Below are positions 8,855 through 18,352 of a stretch of 64,000 nt of DNA, in pieces. Each line of letters opens with the position of its first letter. Position 1 is the stretch's first letter. The position numbers were made by a program, and so were the translations under genes. The DNA lies in the IMG/VR virus record IMGVR_UViG_3300043642_000037, positions 32,001 to 96,000 of that record; one strand, 5' to 3'. This DNA comes from a virus (lineage: Duplodnaviria; Caudoviricetes). Below the pieces are notes generated by a model. It saw nothing but the letters and a program-made list of their open reading frames with translations. It was not told where the DNA came from and made no database searches.

Positions 8855-8890
8855 GTCGAAGTCGAGTAGAGGAGGCGCATGTTTGCATGC

Positions 8891-8956
8891 ACGAGCGGCG
8901 AAGCGTTACTGGCGGGATAACCCCGGCACAGGTGCAGCTTCGCCGCTTGTTTTTTT
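8891..8956 (+). terminator. Branched stem-loop with U-tract
   Basis: ACGAGCGGCGAAGC (8891-8904) pairs with GCTTCGCCGCTTGT (8937-8950), followed by a T run. Confidence 0.6.
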
Positions 8957-8984
8957 GGCCGATGCTTATAAGATAAGCATCCCC

Positions 8985-9815
8985 ATGAAGGCCTCTCCGA
9001 TCGTGAAGTGGGCGGGCGGCAAGACCAAGCTGCTTCCTCGACTGATGGCCCGCGCGCCCGCGCGATTTCGCCGGTACTACGAGCCGTTCATGGGGGGTGC
9101 GGCGCTGTTCTTCGCGCTGGAGCCCGCAGCCGCGTCGATCGGCGACGTCAACGTCGCCCTGGTCACCCTGTATCGCGCGGTGGCCTCCGAGCTGAGCGAG
9201 GTGATTCGCGTCGCGCTCGCGCACAAGGCCGAGCACGCCGAGGTCTCGTACTACTACGACGTTCGTCGCCGATGGAACGACCCGACGGTCCGCGCCGCGA
9301 TGAGCCCGGCGGAGATCGCGGGGACGTTCGTCTACCTCAACAAGACGTGCTTCAACGGCCTGTGGCGAGAGAACAAGAGCGGCGGGTTCAACGTCCCCCG
9401 AGGCGACTACGCTAACCCCACGATCGTCGACGAGGACGAGCTTCGCGCCGCCGGCGCCGCCCTGGCCAAGGCTCGGATCACGTGCGGCACGTTCCAGGAC
9501 ACCACCGCGGACGCCGGGAGCGGCGACTTCGCGTACTTCGATCCGCCGTACGATCCGCTCTCCGAGACCTCGAGCTTCACGTCCTACGCGGCGACCCCCT
9601 TCGGCAAGAAGGAGCAGCGCGCGCTCGCCGAGCACGCCCGCGCGCTGGACGCCCGGGGCGTGTTCGTCATGCTCTCCAACAACGACACGCCGCTGATCCG
9701 GGATCTCTACGACGGGTTCGTGATCGAGACGGCCCCGTGCGCGAGGTCCATCAACAGCAAGGCGGAGGGGCGCGGCAAGGTTGACGAAGTGATCATCACC
9801 AGCAGGAGAGCGTGA
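8985..9815 (+). CDS. dam: DNA adenine methyltransferase (D12/Dam family)
   Basis: KWAGGK, EPFMGGAA, YLNKTCFNGLWREN, DPPY, MLSN. Confidence 0.92.
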   Translation: MKASPIVKWAGGKTKLLPRLMARAPARFRRYYEPFMGGAALFFALEPAAASIGDVNVALVTLYRAVASELSEVIRVALAHKAEHAEVSYYYDVRRRWNDPTVRAAMSPAEIAGTFVYLNKTCFNGLWRENKSGGFNVPRGDYANPTIVDEDELRAAGAALAKARITCGTFQDTTADAGSGDFAYFDPPYDPLSETSSFTSYAATPFGKKEQRALAEHARALDARGVFVMLSNNDTPLIRDLYDGFVIETAPCARSINSKAEGRGKVDEVIITSRRA

Positions 9816-10421
9816 ATGAAGCGACCCAGAATCCTGATCGACGTCGACGGCCCGATGGCCGACTTCGTGGCGCCGGCCCTCGAGGCCATATTCCAGGTCA
9901 CGGGCCGGAGGTTCAACGCCTCCGATCACGTGAACGGCTGGGATCTCTTCGCGGGGCTCGGTCTCTCCGACGAGGAGACCAAGGAGGTGTTCCGCGTCAT
10001 GCAGGTCCCGGGCTTGTGCCTCGGGATCCCGATGGTTCAGGGGGCTCGCGAGGGCATCGAGGAGCTGCGTAAGTTCGCTGACGTGTGGGCCGTGACCTCG
10101 CCGTTCGGCGGCGAGCACTGGATGCACGAGCGCGACGCTTGGCTCGTCCGAAACCTGGGATTCCAGAAGAAGGACGTCCTGCACGTGCGCGGGGAGTCGA
10201 AGCACGGCGTGTACGGCAACATGCTGATCGAGGACAAGACCGAGACGCTGCGGGCGTGGCAGGCCGCGTGGCCGATGGAGACGGCGCTGCTGTTCGAGCT
10301 GTCGTACAATCGCAACGACGGATGGGCCGGCGCGGCGGTCGACGACTGGCCAAGCCTGGTCTCCTGGGCCTCGACGTTCTTCACGGGGGACCACTCTAAG
10401 GCGCGCGAGCTGCGGACTTGA
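9816..10421 (+). CDS. 5'(3')-deoxyribonucleotidase-like HAD phosphatase
   Basis: ILIDVDGPMADF, VTSP, LIEDK, SYN. Confidence 0.85.
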   Translation: MKRPRILIDVDGPMADFVAPALEAIFQVTGRRFNASDHVNGWDLFAGLGLSDEETKEVFRVMQVPGLCLGIPMVQGAREGIEELRKFADVWAVTSPFGGEHWMHERDAWLVRNLGFQKKDVLHVRGESKHGVYGNMLIEDKTETLRAWQAAWPMETALLFELSYNRNDGWAGAAVDDWPSLVSWASTFFTGDHSKARELRT

Positions 10422-10696
10422 TCCTGGTCGTGCACTGCCGACGATCGCACTACGACGTCCTGATCGATCGGACCACGAAGTGGGGTAATCCGTTCACGCA
10501 CGTCCGTGATCGGCAGACCCGCGCGAGCTTCCTGATTCCGACGCGCGACGAGGCGATCGCCGCGTACGAAGCCTGGCTGCTGGCCCAGCCACACCTGGTT
10601 GCCTCGCTGCCCGAGCTTCGCGACAAGATCCTGGGGTGCTGGTGTCGACCGCAGACGTGCCACGGCGACGTCCTCGTTCGCCTGGCGAACCAATGA
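10418..10696 (+). CDS. DUF4326-family protein
   Basis: YDVLIDRTTKWGNPF...LGCWCRPQTCHGDVL. Confidence 0.85.
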   Translation: MILVVHCRRSHYDVLIDRTTKWGNPFTHVRDRQTRASFLIPTRDEAIAAYEAWLLAQPHLVASLPELRDKILGCWCRPQTCHGDVLVRLANQ

Positions 10697-10706
10697 AGGG
10701 CCCCGC

Positions 10707-10901
10707 ATGAGCAAGCTCGAGGATCTCCTCACGGATTTGACGACGCAGGTGTCCCGTCTGGCCTTCGCCGTCGAGGCGCTCGCGAGCAACCAAGGCGTCC
10801 CATCGCAGCACACCCCCTGCAGAGGCTGCGGATGCCGACTGACCGCCGTCTTTCTACCATTCACCACCTGCCCCGTGTGCAGGACGGAGAACGCACGATG
10901 A
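10707..10901 (+). CDS. Small zinc-ribbon protein
   Basis: CRGC...CPVC. Confidence 0.6.
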   Translation: MSKLEDLLTDLTTQVSRLAFAVEALASNQGVPSQHTPCRGCGCRLTAVFLPFTTCPVCRTENAR

Positions 10902-11167
10902 GCGACATCGAATCGAAGCTGAGCGACCTCCAGCTCAAGGTCTACGACCAAGTCCGGCTCGCCGGATGGGACGGAAAGACCACGGACGAGATCGAGGCGA
11001 CCCTCGGGCTCACGCATCAGTCGGTGTCGGCCCGGGTCAACGAGCTGAAGAACTGGAAGCCGGATCCCCTGATCGAGCGCCGGGGCGTCACGCGGAAGAC
11101 CCGCGCGGGCCGTCCCGCGGACGTGTACGTGCTGGCGGGCCTCCGCGCGGCCACCGAGCGGAAGTGA
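10898..11167 (+). CDS. Winged helix-turn-helix protein
   Basis: TTDEIEATLGLTHQSVSARVNEL...RKTRAGRPADVY. Confidence 0.75.
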   Translation: MSDIESKLSDLQLKVYDQVRLAGWDGKTTDEIEATLGLTHQSVSARVNELKNWKPDPLIERRGVTRKTRAGRPADVYVLAGLRAATERK

Positions 11168-12070
11168 CTACGGGGGCGACGACAGCGCGAAGCGCGTCGC
11201 GGCTCCGACCTTGCCGTCGGCCACCAGCCCGTGCCCGCGTTGGAACGTCCTGACTGCCTGATCGGTCATCGGACCGAACACGCCGTCCTGGGAGACCTTC
11301 ACGCCGTGAACTACGAGGTCGGCCTGCAGGACCATGACGTCCGTGCCGGTCATGCGCGGCTGCGCGAGGAGCAGCAGGCGAGGCTCAGCGGAGCCCGGAC
11401 GCTCGGAGCCGGGCCAGTGAGGTCCTCCGGTGACGCAGTCGTCGCCGTAGCCGTGGTCGACGATGTTGTCGGTGGTGTTGCGCTCCTTGTACGACGTCCA
11501 GTCCATTCGATATCGCTGGATCGTGAGCCTGGCGAACCCCATGCCCTTGTTGTGGGCGATGGCCAGGTAGGCGCGAATGACGCCCCCCGGCCAGCGACGA
11601 CCGCTGAGGTCCACGTGGTCGGGATCCGGCGTGGCGTCCGAGAGCCCGGCCGCGGCCCGGAGCCCTCGGCGGTTGTCCTCGGCCATGCGCACCATGCACT
11701 CCGTGGCCTTGTCGAGGTCGATCATGTCCTCCAGGCGGAACCCGTATCGCCGGGCCTCCTCGTCGCCGATCTGGTAGGGGCCCACCGACACGAAGCCGGG
11801 CGGGCACGACGCCGTCGCGATCTCGGTGTCCCACTCGTTCAGGCACCCGGCCTCGTGGAAGCAGGTCGCCACGTGGTATCGCGGGTCGACGGCGGTTTGG
11901 CCGAGGCGGGTCCGCGCGCGGACCACGGCGTCGAGCACCTGCTGGCCCGTCAGGCGCACGGCCGCGCGGCGGTCGGTGGTCGGCGGTAGGCCGTCGCGGA
12001 CGTACTCCTCGACTCGGGATGGGAGTAGCTTGGTCGGGTAGTGCTGCTCGTGTTGGGGGTAGATGACCAT
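11168..12070 (-). CDS. Endolysin-like protein with a C-terminal peptidoglycan-binding domain
   Basis: DVMVLQADL...DGVFGPMTDQAVRTFQRGHGLVADGKVG; N-part FHEAG...GPYQI...AHNKG is lysozyme/SLT-like. Confidence 0.75.
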   Translation of the reverse strand: MVIYPQHEQHYPTKLLPSRVEEYVRDGLPPTTDRRAAVRLTGQQVLDAVVRARTRLGQTAVDPRYHVATCFHEAGCLNEWDTEIATASCPPGFVSVGPYQIGDEEARRYGFRLEDMIDLDKATECMVRMAEDNRRGLRAAAGLSDATPDPDHVDLSGRRWPGGVIRAYLAIAHNKGMGFARLTIQRYRMDWTSYKERNTTDNIVDHGYGDDCVTGGPHWPGSERPGSAEPRLLLLAQPRMTGTDVMVLQADLVVHGVKVSQDGVFGPMTDQAVRTFQRGHGLVADGKVGAATRFALSSPP

Positions 12071-12077
12071 CGCCACA

Positions 12078-12130
12078 AGGATAGGTCGAAAGGGGCTCGC
12101 CCACTTTTTTTGGCCCTTCTAGCCTATACT
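12078..12130. promoter_or_regulatory. Divergent pair of CC-TAnnnT promoter-like motifs
   Basis: CCTATCCT on - (12085-12078) and CCTATACT on + (12123-12130). Confidence 0.6.
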
Positions 12131-12158
12131 TGTGACGACCTTCCCGGAGGAGATTCAC

Positions 12159-13049
12159 ATGCCCCTGCTGACCATAGTCAACTTGCACACCAGCTCCGTG
12201 TCGTTTCAGGATCCGACGGGATTGTACGGCACCACGATTTCCGTGGCTGGATCGGCCACGTTTGGCCCGTCGTCGATCTCGCTGCCCGCGCTCGGCGCCC
12301 TCGAGTCCCAGCTGATCGCGGAGACCCTCGCCGGGAATGTCACATGGACGGTGGCGGACGACCCCTCGTCTGCAGTCGACACGTTGCCGGAGCACGAGAC
12401 CACGGTTCTCATCACCCCATACAACGCCGTGGCGGGCGATCAGGACATTCTGACCAACCTGACCACGCCGGGCGCGGTGTCGGTGGTGCTATCTGCGTCC
12501 GCGAAGATCGGCCAGCTGGTCAAGATCATCGATCTCAAGGGTGACGCCGCCTCAAACAATATCACCGTCACCGTGGCCGGCGGAGGCACGATCAACGGGG
12601 GTGCCAGCGCAGTCATCAACGTCAACAAGGGGTGGGTGTTCTTGCTGAAGGTCAGCGCCACGGCGTGGGTGTCGATTGCGGCCGCGGTGGTATCTACGGC
12701 CGCGGCGGGTGGCGACCTTACGGGCAACTACCCCAACCCTACGCTGGCCGCGATTTTCGCGAGCGCGCCCCAGGCGCTGTCGGGCGCCGGCGCGGTCAAT
12801 GTCACGACACGCACGACGCTCTTCACGTCGACCGGCGCGGCGCAGGCGCTGACGCTCGCGAATGGCACCAAGACCGGGCAACGCAAGACCGTTCATCACA
12901 CGGTCGACGGAGGCTCGGGCGTTCTGACGCCGGCTACCGCGGGCAACTTCGCCACCGTGACGTTCACCAACGTTCACGACTGGGCCGAGCTGGAGTGGTC
13001 AGGCGCTGCGTGGAACGTCGTCGCCTTTGGCGGCGCGACCATTGCGTAG
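12159..13049 (+). CDS. Probable virion structural or fibre protein
   Basis: GGAGG SD; T/G/A/V-rich; AGGDLTGNYPNPT motif. Confidence 0.65.
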   Translation: MPLLTIVNLHTSSVSFQDPTGLYGTTISVAGSATFGPSSISLPALGALESQLIAETLAGNVTWTVADDPSSAVDTLPEHETTVLITPYNAVAGDQDILTNLTTPGAVSVVLSASAKIGQLVKIIDLKGDAASNNITVTVAGGGTINGGASAVINVNKGWVFLLKVSATAWVSIAAAVVSTAAAGGDLTGNYPNPTLAAIFASAPQALSGAGAVNVTTRTTLFTSTGAAQALTLANGTKTGQRKTVHHTVDGGSGVLTPATAGNFATVTFTNVHDWAELEWSGAAWNVVAFGGATIA

Positions 13050-13055
13050 TGTCGG

Positions 13056-13361
13056 ATGGCCGACCAGCATGCCGACACCGGCCGGCCGATGCCGGCCGAG
13101 CTTCAGTCCGACACGGAGCCGCGGTACCACGCACTCCCGACGACCGCCCGGCAGATCTCGCTGCGGAACACCGGGGTCAACACTCTGTGGGTGTCCTTCG
13201 ACAAGGAATCGTGGTTCGACGTCGCGTGCGGGACTTCGTGGGACGACCGGGTCAACGCGCCAGGCTTCTGGCACTGCACCCAGGTCGGGCGGACCTCGCT
13301 CGTGGTTAACGCGCTTGCGTTGAACTTTGTTGGCGTGCGACCCCCGAAAGACACGGTGTAA
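13056..13361 (+). CDS. Hypothetical protein
   Basis: Closely packed ORF. Confidence 0.6.
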   Translation: MADQHADTGRPMPAELQSDTEPRYHALPTTARQISLRNTGVNTLWVSFDKESWFDVACGTSWDDRVNAPGFWHCTQVGRTSLVVNALALNFVGVRPPKDTV

Positions 13362-13824
13362 TATTCCTTACACTCATTACCCCAAACTTTCGGCCAACAT
13401 CATTGCCGCGTGGGTTCAGCCGCCACCGCCGGACGCCGCGCCGTTTCTCAACTTCCCGCGGTTCTCGACTCTCAACAGGTTCGATCGCCCGATCGAGCCT
13501 GGCGAGTCGTCCGTTGTTCACCACGACGGACAGAACTTCACGCGCTTCTACGGCACCATCGCCGCGGACCAGCCGCTGGAGGTCACGTTCTCCTTCTCGA
13601 ATGAGGAGACCGATCCCGACGGACGATGGGTCACGGACGACAACGTCGATCGCCTCCACTACGACGGAGAGGCGCTGCGCCAGCTCTACGCCCCGGACAA
13701 GCAGGGCCCCTCGGGCAAGTACTTCGTCATGATCTACGGGCGGTGGCTGCGCATCGAGGTCAAGAACGTGGGGAAGGCCCCGACCAAGGAGCTGCGCGTG
13801 TTCGTGCGAGCCTCGGTGTTCTGA
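13327..13824 (+). CDS. Hypothetical protein (start uncertain)
   Basis: Strong codon bias in the 3' part; only an overlapping TTG start is available. Confidence 0.6.
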   Translation: MLACDPRKTRCNIPYTHYPKLSANIIAAWVQPPPPDAAPFLNFPRFSTLNRFDRPIEPGESSVVHHDGQNFTRFYGTIAADQPLEVTFSFSNEETDPDGRWVTDDNVDRLHYDGEALRQLYAPDKQGPSGKYFVMIYGRWLRIEVKNVGKAPTKELRVFVRASVF

Positions 13825-13849
13825 CCGTGCTCGTGTGATAAGCATCGGC

Positions 13850-14071
13850 ATGGCCAAGCACCCCGTGCGATCTCCTGTGGGCGGCAGCGTGTGGGCGCAC
13901 TCGGTCGGGGTCGGCCAGCAGGTGGTCGAGGGCGCCACGCTGATGATCGTCGAGGTGATGAAGACGGAGTTTCCCGTCGAGTCGCCCGTCGCGGGCGTCG
14001 TGACGTGGCTGGCCGCGTGCGGCGACGCGATAGACGCCGACGCGCTGGTCGCTATCGTAGATTTTTTTTGA
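13850..14071 (+). CDS. Stand-alone biotin/lipoyl carrier domain protein
   Basis: VRSPVGGSVW...VEVMKTEFPVESPVAGVV, matching the E-x-M-K biotinylation loop. Confidence 0.85.
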   Translation: MAKHPVRSPVGGSVWAHSVGVGQQVVEGATLMIVEVMKTEFPVESPVAGVVTWLAACGDAIDADALVAIVDFF

Positions 14072-16586
14072 AGAGAGATGACAGACGTCCCAGTAGACCC
14101 GGTGTTTGTTCACCTAGAATTGGTGCGCCTAATAGTTGTTTCGCGAAGGCGGGCGCATCGTGATGTAACGCGTTAACTGTCGGCGCGTGCTGCAATACGT
14201 GGGGAGGTAGGTCACCTCTTAGGACGTTAGGGCCTTTGGTCAGTTGAAATTTGCCTGGCGAAAGGAGTGGTTTGTAGGTCGAAAGCGGCTCAGCGGGTAT
14301 TGCTTTCGCATCAATGACTTTTTCGTAAATTGGAGAATTTCCAACCTCCGATTTTCCGGAGTTTTTGGGTTGGTGAATTTTTTGGCCTCTTGGGTCCTCC
14401 GATATATGAGGAGTCCATGAGCCTTGATTTTCATCAGGGATTTTAGCTAATTCATATGCGTTTAAACGTGCGGCGCTGGTTCCAGACTGACTTAGGCTTT
14501 GCGCGTATCCGCTAGATACGTTCGGGATCCCTGAAAACCACCTCGGGCCCGTTCCTTCGTGGCTGGTTGGATTTGCGCCCCGCCAAGCAATCCGATCAGG
14601 ATGCACCCCTGGTTGGGTTGATGCGACATTAGGATCATCTATGAATGGCACATGTACGACGTCTGTAGCTTTGTGTCTTCCTGAGGATTGAAGTTTGTCG
14701 ATTTCATCTGTGGGCCGTCCGACTGACCCTTTCAATGAATTCGGGATTTCTTTGTTTTGCCTTCTAAGCGCTCTGGTTTTTTCTCTGCCATCTTCGTAGG
14801 TCGGTGAAAAATCGTGCTGATATTTTTCGTTGGCCAGTTCTTGTGTAGGTGAAGTGTTGAAGTCGAGTAAATCAGGTGTCAACGCTTCGGAGGCGGGTCG
14901 CCAAAGTGGTCCTAGTGAATTGTTGGATGACGGCGTAATGGCGCGTCTTGCACTATTCGTGTTGCGCAGTGCTTGTTCAATTCTCGTCGTTTGGCGTTTC
15001 CCGATCGCAGTTTTTTCGTTCGCCATCTTCGAGGCTCTCGACATCGCGCGAGCCGCCATGACGCCCAGCGGGACCGAGGCGCCGAGCGCGAGGGTTTGGC
15101 CCGGCGACAGCGGATTCTTCAGGTACGGCGTCCAGCCTCCGCCGGTCGTGCGTCGGCCGGAGTGCAGGGTCAGCAGCTTCTCGTGACGGGACAGGCCTGA
15201 CGGGTCGATGCCGGCCGCCTGCAACCGTTGGTCAAGCTGGTTCCCCCAGCCCTCACGCGGTCGGAGCTTCATGACCGCCCCGTTGCCCATGTCGACCTCG
15301 TCCCCGTCAAGCGTGTCGAATCCGAGGTCCGCAACCCCGAGTGACTTGTCGAGGTCCATCATGTCCCCGATGTAGGCCGCGTTTCCTCGATGATTGAGCT
15401 GCTCGCGGAGCTTGCTCGGGTCGCGGCGCAGGTGAATCTGCGCGTCGAACAGCTCGGGGTCGTGCGTGCGGTTGAGGAGGTAGTGCTCCATGATCTCGCC
15501 GGCTCTCGGGGCGTGCGGCATCTTCTCGACGTTTCGTCCGAGCCCGATGGTCGACTTCCACGCGTTGCCGGGCTCCCAGTCGAGCCCGTAGTGAGTCATT
15601 CCGGTCTGGTGCGCGAGTGCGCGAGCGAGCGTCGTCTTGCCTGAGCCGGGCGGCGCGTCGATGCCGATCCGAAGCGTGCGAGGGTCCAGCCCGCGGCTCG
15701 TCAGGTGCTGGTGTATCGCCTGCGCCTGCTGAAGCACCTGGTCGGGGATCGCGCCGCTGGTGTCCTGGTCCTGCGTGGAGCCCTTCCCCGCCATCAGGTT
15801 GTGGAGGTTCGACTGAATGCCTGGCTTGGAGGCCAACATGCCTGCGCCAAGCGCGAGAGGGATGCCGACGCCAACCGCGGTCGGTAGTGCGGCGCCTGTC
15901 TTGCTCATCTGGAATTTCGCTCGAGGAAATTGTCGCGGTCCTGCTGCTGCTGCTGCGGCTTGTCCAGGAGGTACGCCGCGGGGCAATACCGCGGTGGGCA
16001 CGTCCCGCGGGGTCATTGGTTGTTGTGGCGCTATTGCTGCTTGACCTTTTGGCAGTACCGCTGTTGCTTGTCCTTGTTGCGGCGCTATTGCTGCTTGACC
16101 TTTTGGCAATACCGCTGTTGCTTGCCCTTGTTGTGGGCGGATGGCGGTGGGCTGCGCTTGTGCGTGTGCTCTTTCCTGTGCTACCCAATCGCCCCGGTCT
16201 GACCGCTGCCCGAACGCTGCGTCGATCCGCTGCTGCGCCGTGGGCTGCCCCGCAGGCGTGTTGTGCACCAATCTCCGTTGTTCCAGGACCCTGTCAAAGC
16301 GCGCTGGTGCCTTATCGGACATTGCTGACGTGGTGTGCTCCTCCCCCGCCCAGGGGAGACGATGAGCAAGATTCTGCATCGCCGACACTTGCGGAGTTTG
16401 AGGGAGCACGCCGGGTTCGCGCACGTAGGAGGACAGCCCCGGCTTGAAGATGGCCTGAGGCTGCGCTGCGATGTGGTCGAACGCGTTCGGGGCGAACGTG
16501 CGGCCTGCGCGCGTGCCTGCGTTCTGAAGGGCGCGCGCGTAGGTGCTGCCCGAGATCGCGAACTTCATCCACGGCTGCCAGGGCAC
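14052..16586 (-). CDS. Modular 844-aa putative internal virion polyprotein (repeats, P-loop kinase, ART-like domain)
   Basis: GIDAPPGSGKTT Walker A; C-terminal AWRG...RWFSG...GYA; modules begin at MSKTG and KMANEKTA. Confidence 0.7.
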   Translation of the reverse strand: MPWQPWMKFAISGSTYARALQNAGTRAGRTFAPNAFDHIAAQPQAIFKPGLSSYVREPGVLPQTPQVSAMQNLAHRLPWAGEEHTTSAMSDKAPARFDRVLEQRRLVHNTPAGQPTAQQRIDAAFGQRSDRGDWVAQERAHAQAQPTAIRPQQGQATAVLPKGQAAIAPQQGQATAVLPKGQAAIAPQQPMTPRDVPTAVLPRGVPPGQAAAAAAGPRQFPRAKFQMSKTGAALPTAVGVGIPLALGAGMLASKPGIQSNLHNLMAGKGSTQDQDTSGAIPDQVLQQAQAIHQHLTSRGLDPRTLRIGIDAPPGSGKTTLARALAHQTGMTHYGLDWEPGNAWKSTIGLGRNVEKMPHAPRAGEIMEHYLLNRTHDPELFDAQIHLRRDPSKLREQLNHRGNAAYIGDMMDLDKSLGVADLGFDTLDGDEVDMGNGAVMKLRPREGWGNQLDQRLQAAGIDPSGLSRHEKLLTLHSGRRTTGGGWTPYLKNPLSPGQTLALGASVPLGVMAARAMSRASKMANEKTAIGKRQTTRIEQALRNTNSARRAITPSSNNSLGPLWRPASEALTPDLLDFNTSPTQELANEKYQHDFSPTYEDGREKTRALRRQNKEIPNSLKGSVGRPTDEIDKLQSSGRHKATDVVHVPFIDDPNVASTQPGVHPDRIAWRGANPTSHEGTGPRWFSGIPNVSSGYAQSLSQSGTSAARLNAYELAKIPDENQGSWTPHISEDPRGQKIHQPKNSGKSEVGNSPIYEKVIDAKAIPAEPLSTYKPLLSPGKFQLTKGPNVLRGDLPPHVLQHAPTVNALHHDAPAFAKQLLGAPILGEQTPGLLGRLSSLFKKNLR
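16015..16135 (-). repeat. 54-bp coding tandem repeat (about 2 copies)
   Basis: Encodes QQGQATAVLPKGQAAIAP twice. Confidence 0.85.
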
Positions 16587-16587
16587 G

Positions 16588-16866
16588 CTAGCCTCCCGCG
16601 GGGTTCATCATGGGCGGGGGAGCCGACGGCGCGCCCGCAAGCTCGGGGGCCACCGTGGACCCCGCGCCGAACGATGGAAGCGGCGGCATGGGGGTCGTGC
16701 CATCCAGCGCCGCGGGCGGTCCGGGTGCGGGAGGCTGCGCGGCTTCGGGCAGGACGTCCTTCCCGCTCTCGACGTCGGCGACGAACTGGTCGACCTGCGT
16801 GGGTGGGCCGAGCGCGAACTTCCGGAACGCGGCCCGGCGGCCCTCGAGATATGCCGACTTGATCAT
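16588..16866 (-). CDS. Small Pro-rich protein with the shared helix motif
   Basis: MIKSAYLEGRRAAFRKFAL. Confidence 0.7.
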   Translation of the reverse strand: MIKSAYLEGRRAAFRKFALGPPTQVDQFVADVESGKDVLPEAAQPPAPGPPAALDGTTPMPPLPSFGAGSTVAPELAGAPSAPPPMMNPAGG

Positions 16867-17276
16867 TGGATGAAGCTCCCCGGCAGCGGCGCGTACGCCA
16901 GTCGCCCGTCGTCGCTGGGCTCGCGCGCGTGCAGCATGGACGCGCCGACGGCGCCGAGACCCATCAACCCGAGGGTTCCCGTTGACGGAATCGCCCGCTT
17001 CGCCGCGCGTCCGATGCTGGATCCCATCGCGAGACCGCGATCCAGCATCGAGGGTCCCGCGGGGGACGCCGCGGGGACGCGCGGGATGGCTGCCGGCGGA
17101 GACGCGGCGGCCGCGGGAGCCGGCATGCTCGACGGTCGCATGCTCGGCGCGGACATCACGCCGGGCCGCGCGATCGGCAGGGGCACGTGCGGGCTGAACC
17201 CGGCCACGCGGATCCCGAAGCGGGTCAGGGCCACCTGGCCTCCCGCGTGAACCGACTGACGAATGGCGCCCGACAC
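16863..17276 (-). CDS. Small protein with the shared helix motif and a hydrophobic segment
   Basis: SVHAGGQVALTRFGIRVA; GTLGLMGLGAVGA. Confidence 0.7.
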   Translation of the reverse strand: MSGAIRQSVHAGGQVALTRFGIRVAGFSPHVPLPIARPGVMSAPSMRPSSMPAPAAAASPPAAIPRVPAASPAGPSMLDRGLAMGSSIGRAAKRAIPSTGTLGLMGLGAVGASMLHAREPSDDGRLAYAPLPGSFIQ

Positions 17277-17277
17277 G

Positions 17278-17646
17278 CTAGCCCACCGCGATGAACACGA
17301 CGGTGGCCGCGCCCGTCGTGGTGATGAGCGCGGCGGTTAGGAAGCCCTGCGCGCTGTTCATCCACAGGAAGTAGCCGGTGCCCGCGGCTAGGGGCCAGGC
17401 GTCCGTGCCGCCGTTGAACTTGGCGGTGCAGGTGCCCGCCATGCACTTCACCATGACGCCCTTGGCGCCGCCCGACGTGAGCGTTCCGAGGTTGACGGTG
17501 TCATCGGTGACCGCGCCGTCGTACTTGCGGATGAAGTCTGCCTTGGCTCCGTACGGAAAATTGACACCCAGGTCGATGGGGGCCGACGGTCCGGCGTCCT
17601 CGAGAGGGGTCGACAGCTTGCCTGCGACGGTGAAGTTCTGCGCCAT
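17278..17646 (-). CDS. Probable structural protein
   Basis: ATG after GGAGG and the CCTATACT motif (17667-17674). Confidence 0.65.
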   Translation of the reverse strand: MAQNFTVAGKLSTPLEDAGPSAPIDLGVNFPYGAKADFIRKYDGAVTDDTVNLGTLTSGGAKGVMVKCMAGTCTAKFNGGTDAWPLAAGTGYFLWMNSAQGFLTAALITTTGAATVVFIAVG

Positions 17647-17689
17647 GGGTCCGGGCCTCCACCACAAGTATAGGGCGAGACCGACGACG

Positions 17690-18352
17690 TCAGCGACGTG
17701 CGTTTCGCCCGAGGCCGAGGCCGAACAGCGCTCGACGCGACGATCGCATCTGTCCGACCTGCTGCCATGTCCGGGTGTCCGAGTCGTAGCGCTGCGCGTA
17801 CCCGCCATCGCGAACCTCCCACGGACGACGACACAGGCCGAGATGGTCGTAGCGGGCGGCGGACGTCACGGACGGCGGCTCGCTCCACGCAGGGAGGCAG
17901 AAGTTCGACACCGAGACGCCGTCGATGGCGTACGTGTCCGCCTCGACCGCGTCGCAGATCTCCACCGCCCACCACGTGCCGTCGTCATCTTGAACGCCTC
18001 GCCGGAGCCACGGGTCCGCGAGGGTTTCGAGAATCTCGTGCGAGGCCGTGACGGTCCATGGGACGCCGTCCTGCGCGTCGAGCAGTGGGAAGTCGAACAT
18101 CAGTGGGGTCCCGGATGGCGTGACCTGGTGGACGCCGAGCGCGCCTTCCAGCGTCGGCGTCCTGCGCAGCTCGAGGACCCAGTCGCCCGCGCGGGCCGGT
18201 CCGGACAGCGCGACCGCGCGGACGGTCGCGGACACTCCCCAGCACGGGAAGAAGTGCTCGAGAACCTGCCGCTGCAGGGCGGACGCCGCGCGGGCCAGCT
18301 CCGCGGGCTCGACCCCCGTGTCGACGTCCACGATCGCGATCGCGAAGCTCAC
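17690..18352 (-). CDS. Zincin-like metallopeptidase candidate
   Basis: GALGVH...ASHEILETLADP...EICDAVE...VSNF; GTG overlaps the upstream TGA. Confidence 0.6.
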   Translation of the reverse strand: MSFAIAIVDVDTGVEPAELARAASALQRQVLEHFFPCWGVSATVRAVALSGPARAGDWVLELRRTPTLEGALGVHQVTPSGTPLMFDFPLLDAQDGVPWTVTASHEILETLADPWLRRGVQDDDGTWWAVEICDAVEADTYAIDGVSVSNFCLPAWSEPPSVTSAARYDHLGLCRRPWEVRDGGYAQRYDSDTRTWQQVGQMRSSRRALFGLGLGRNARR

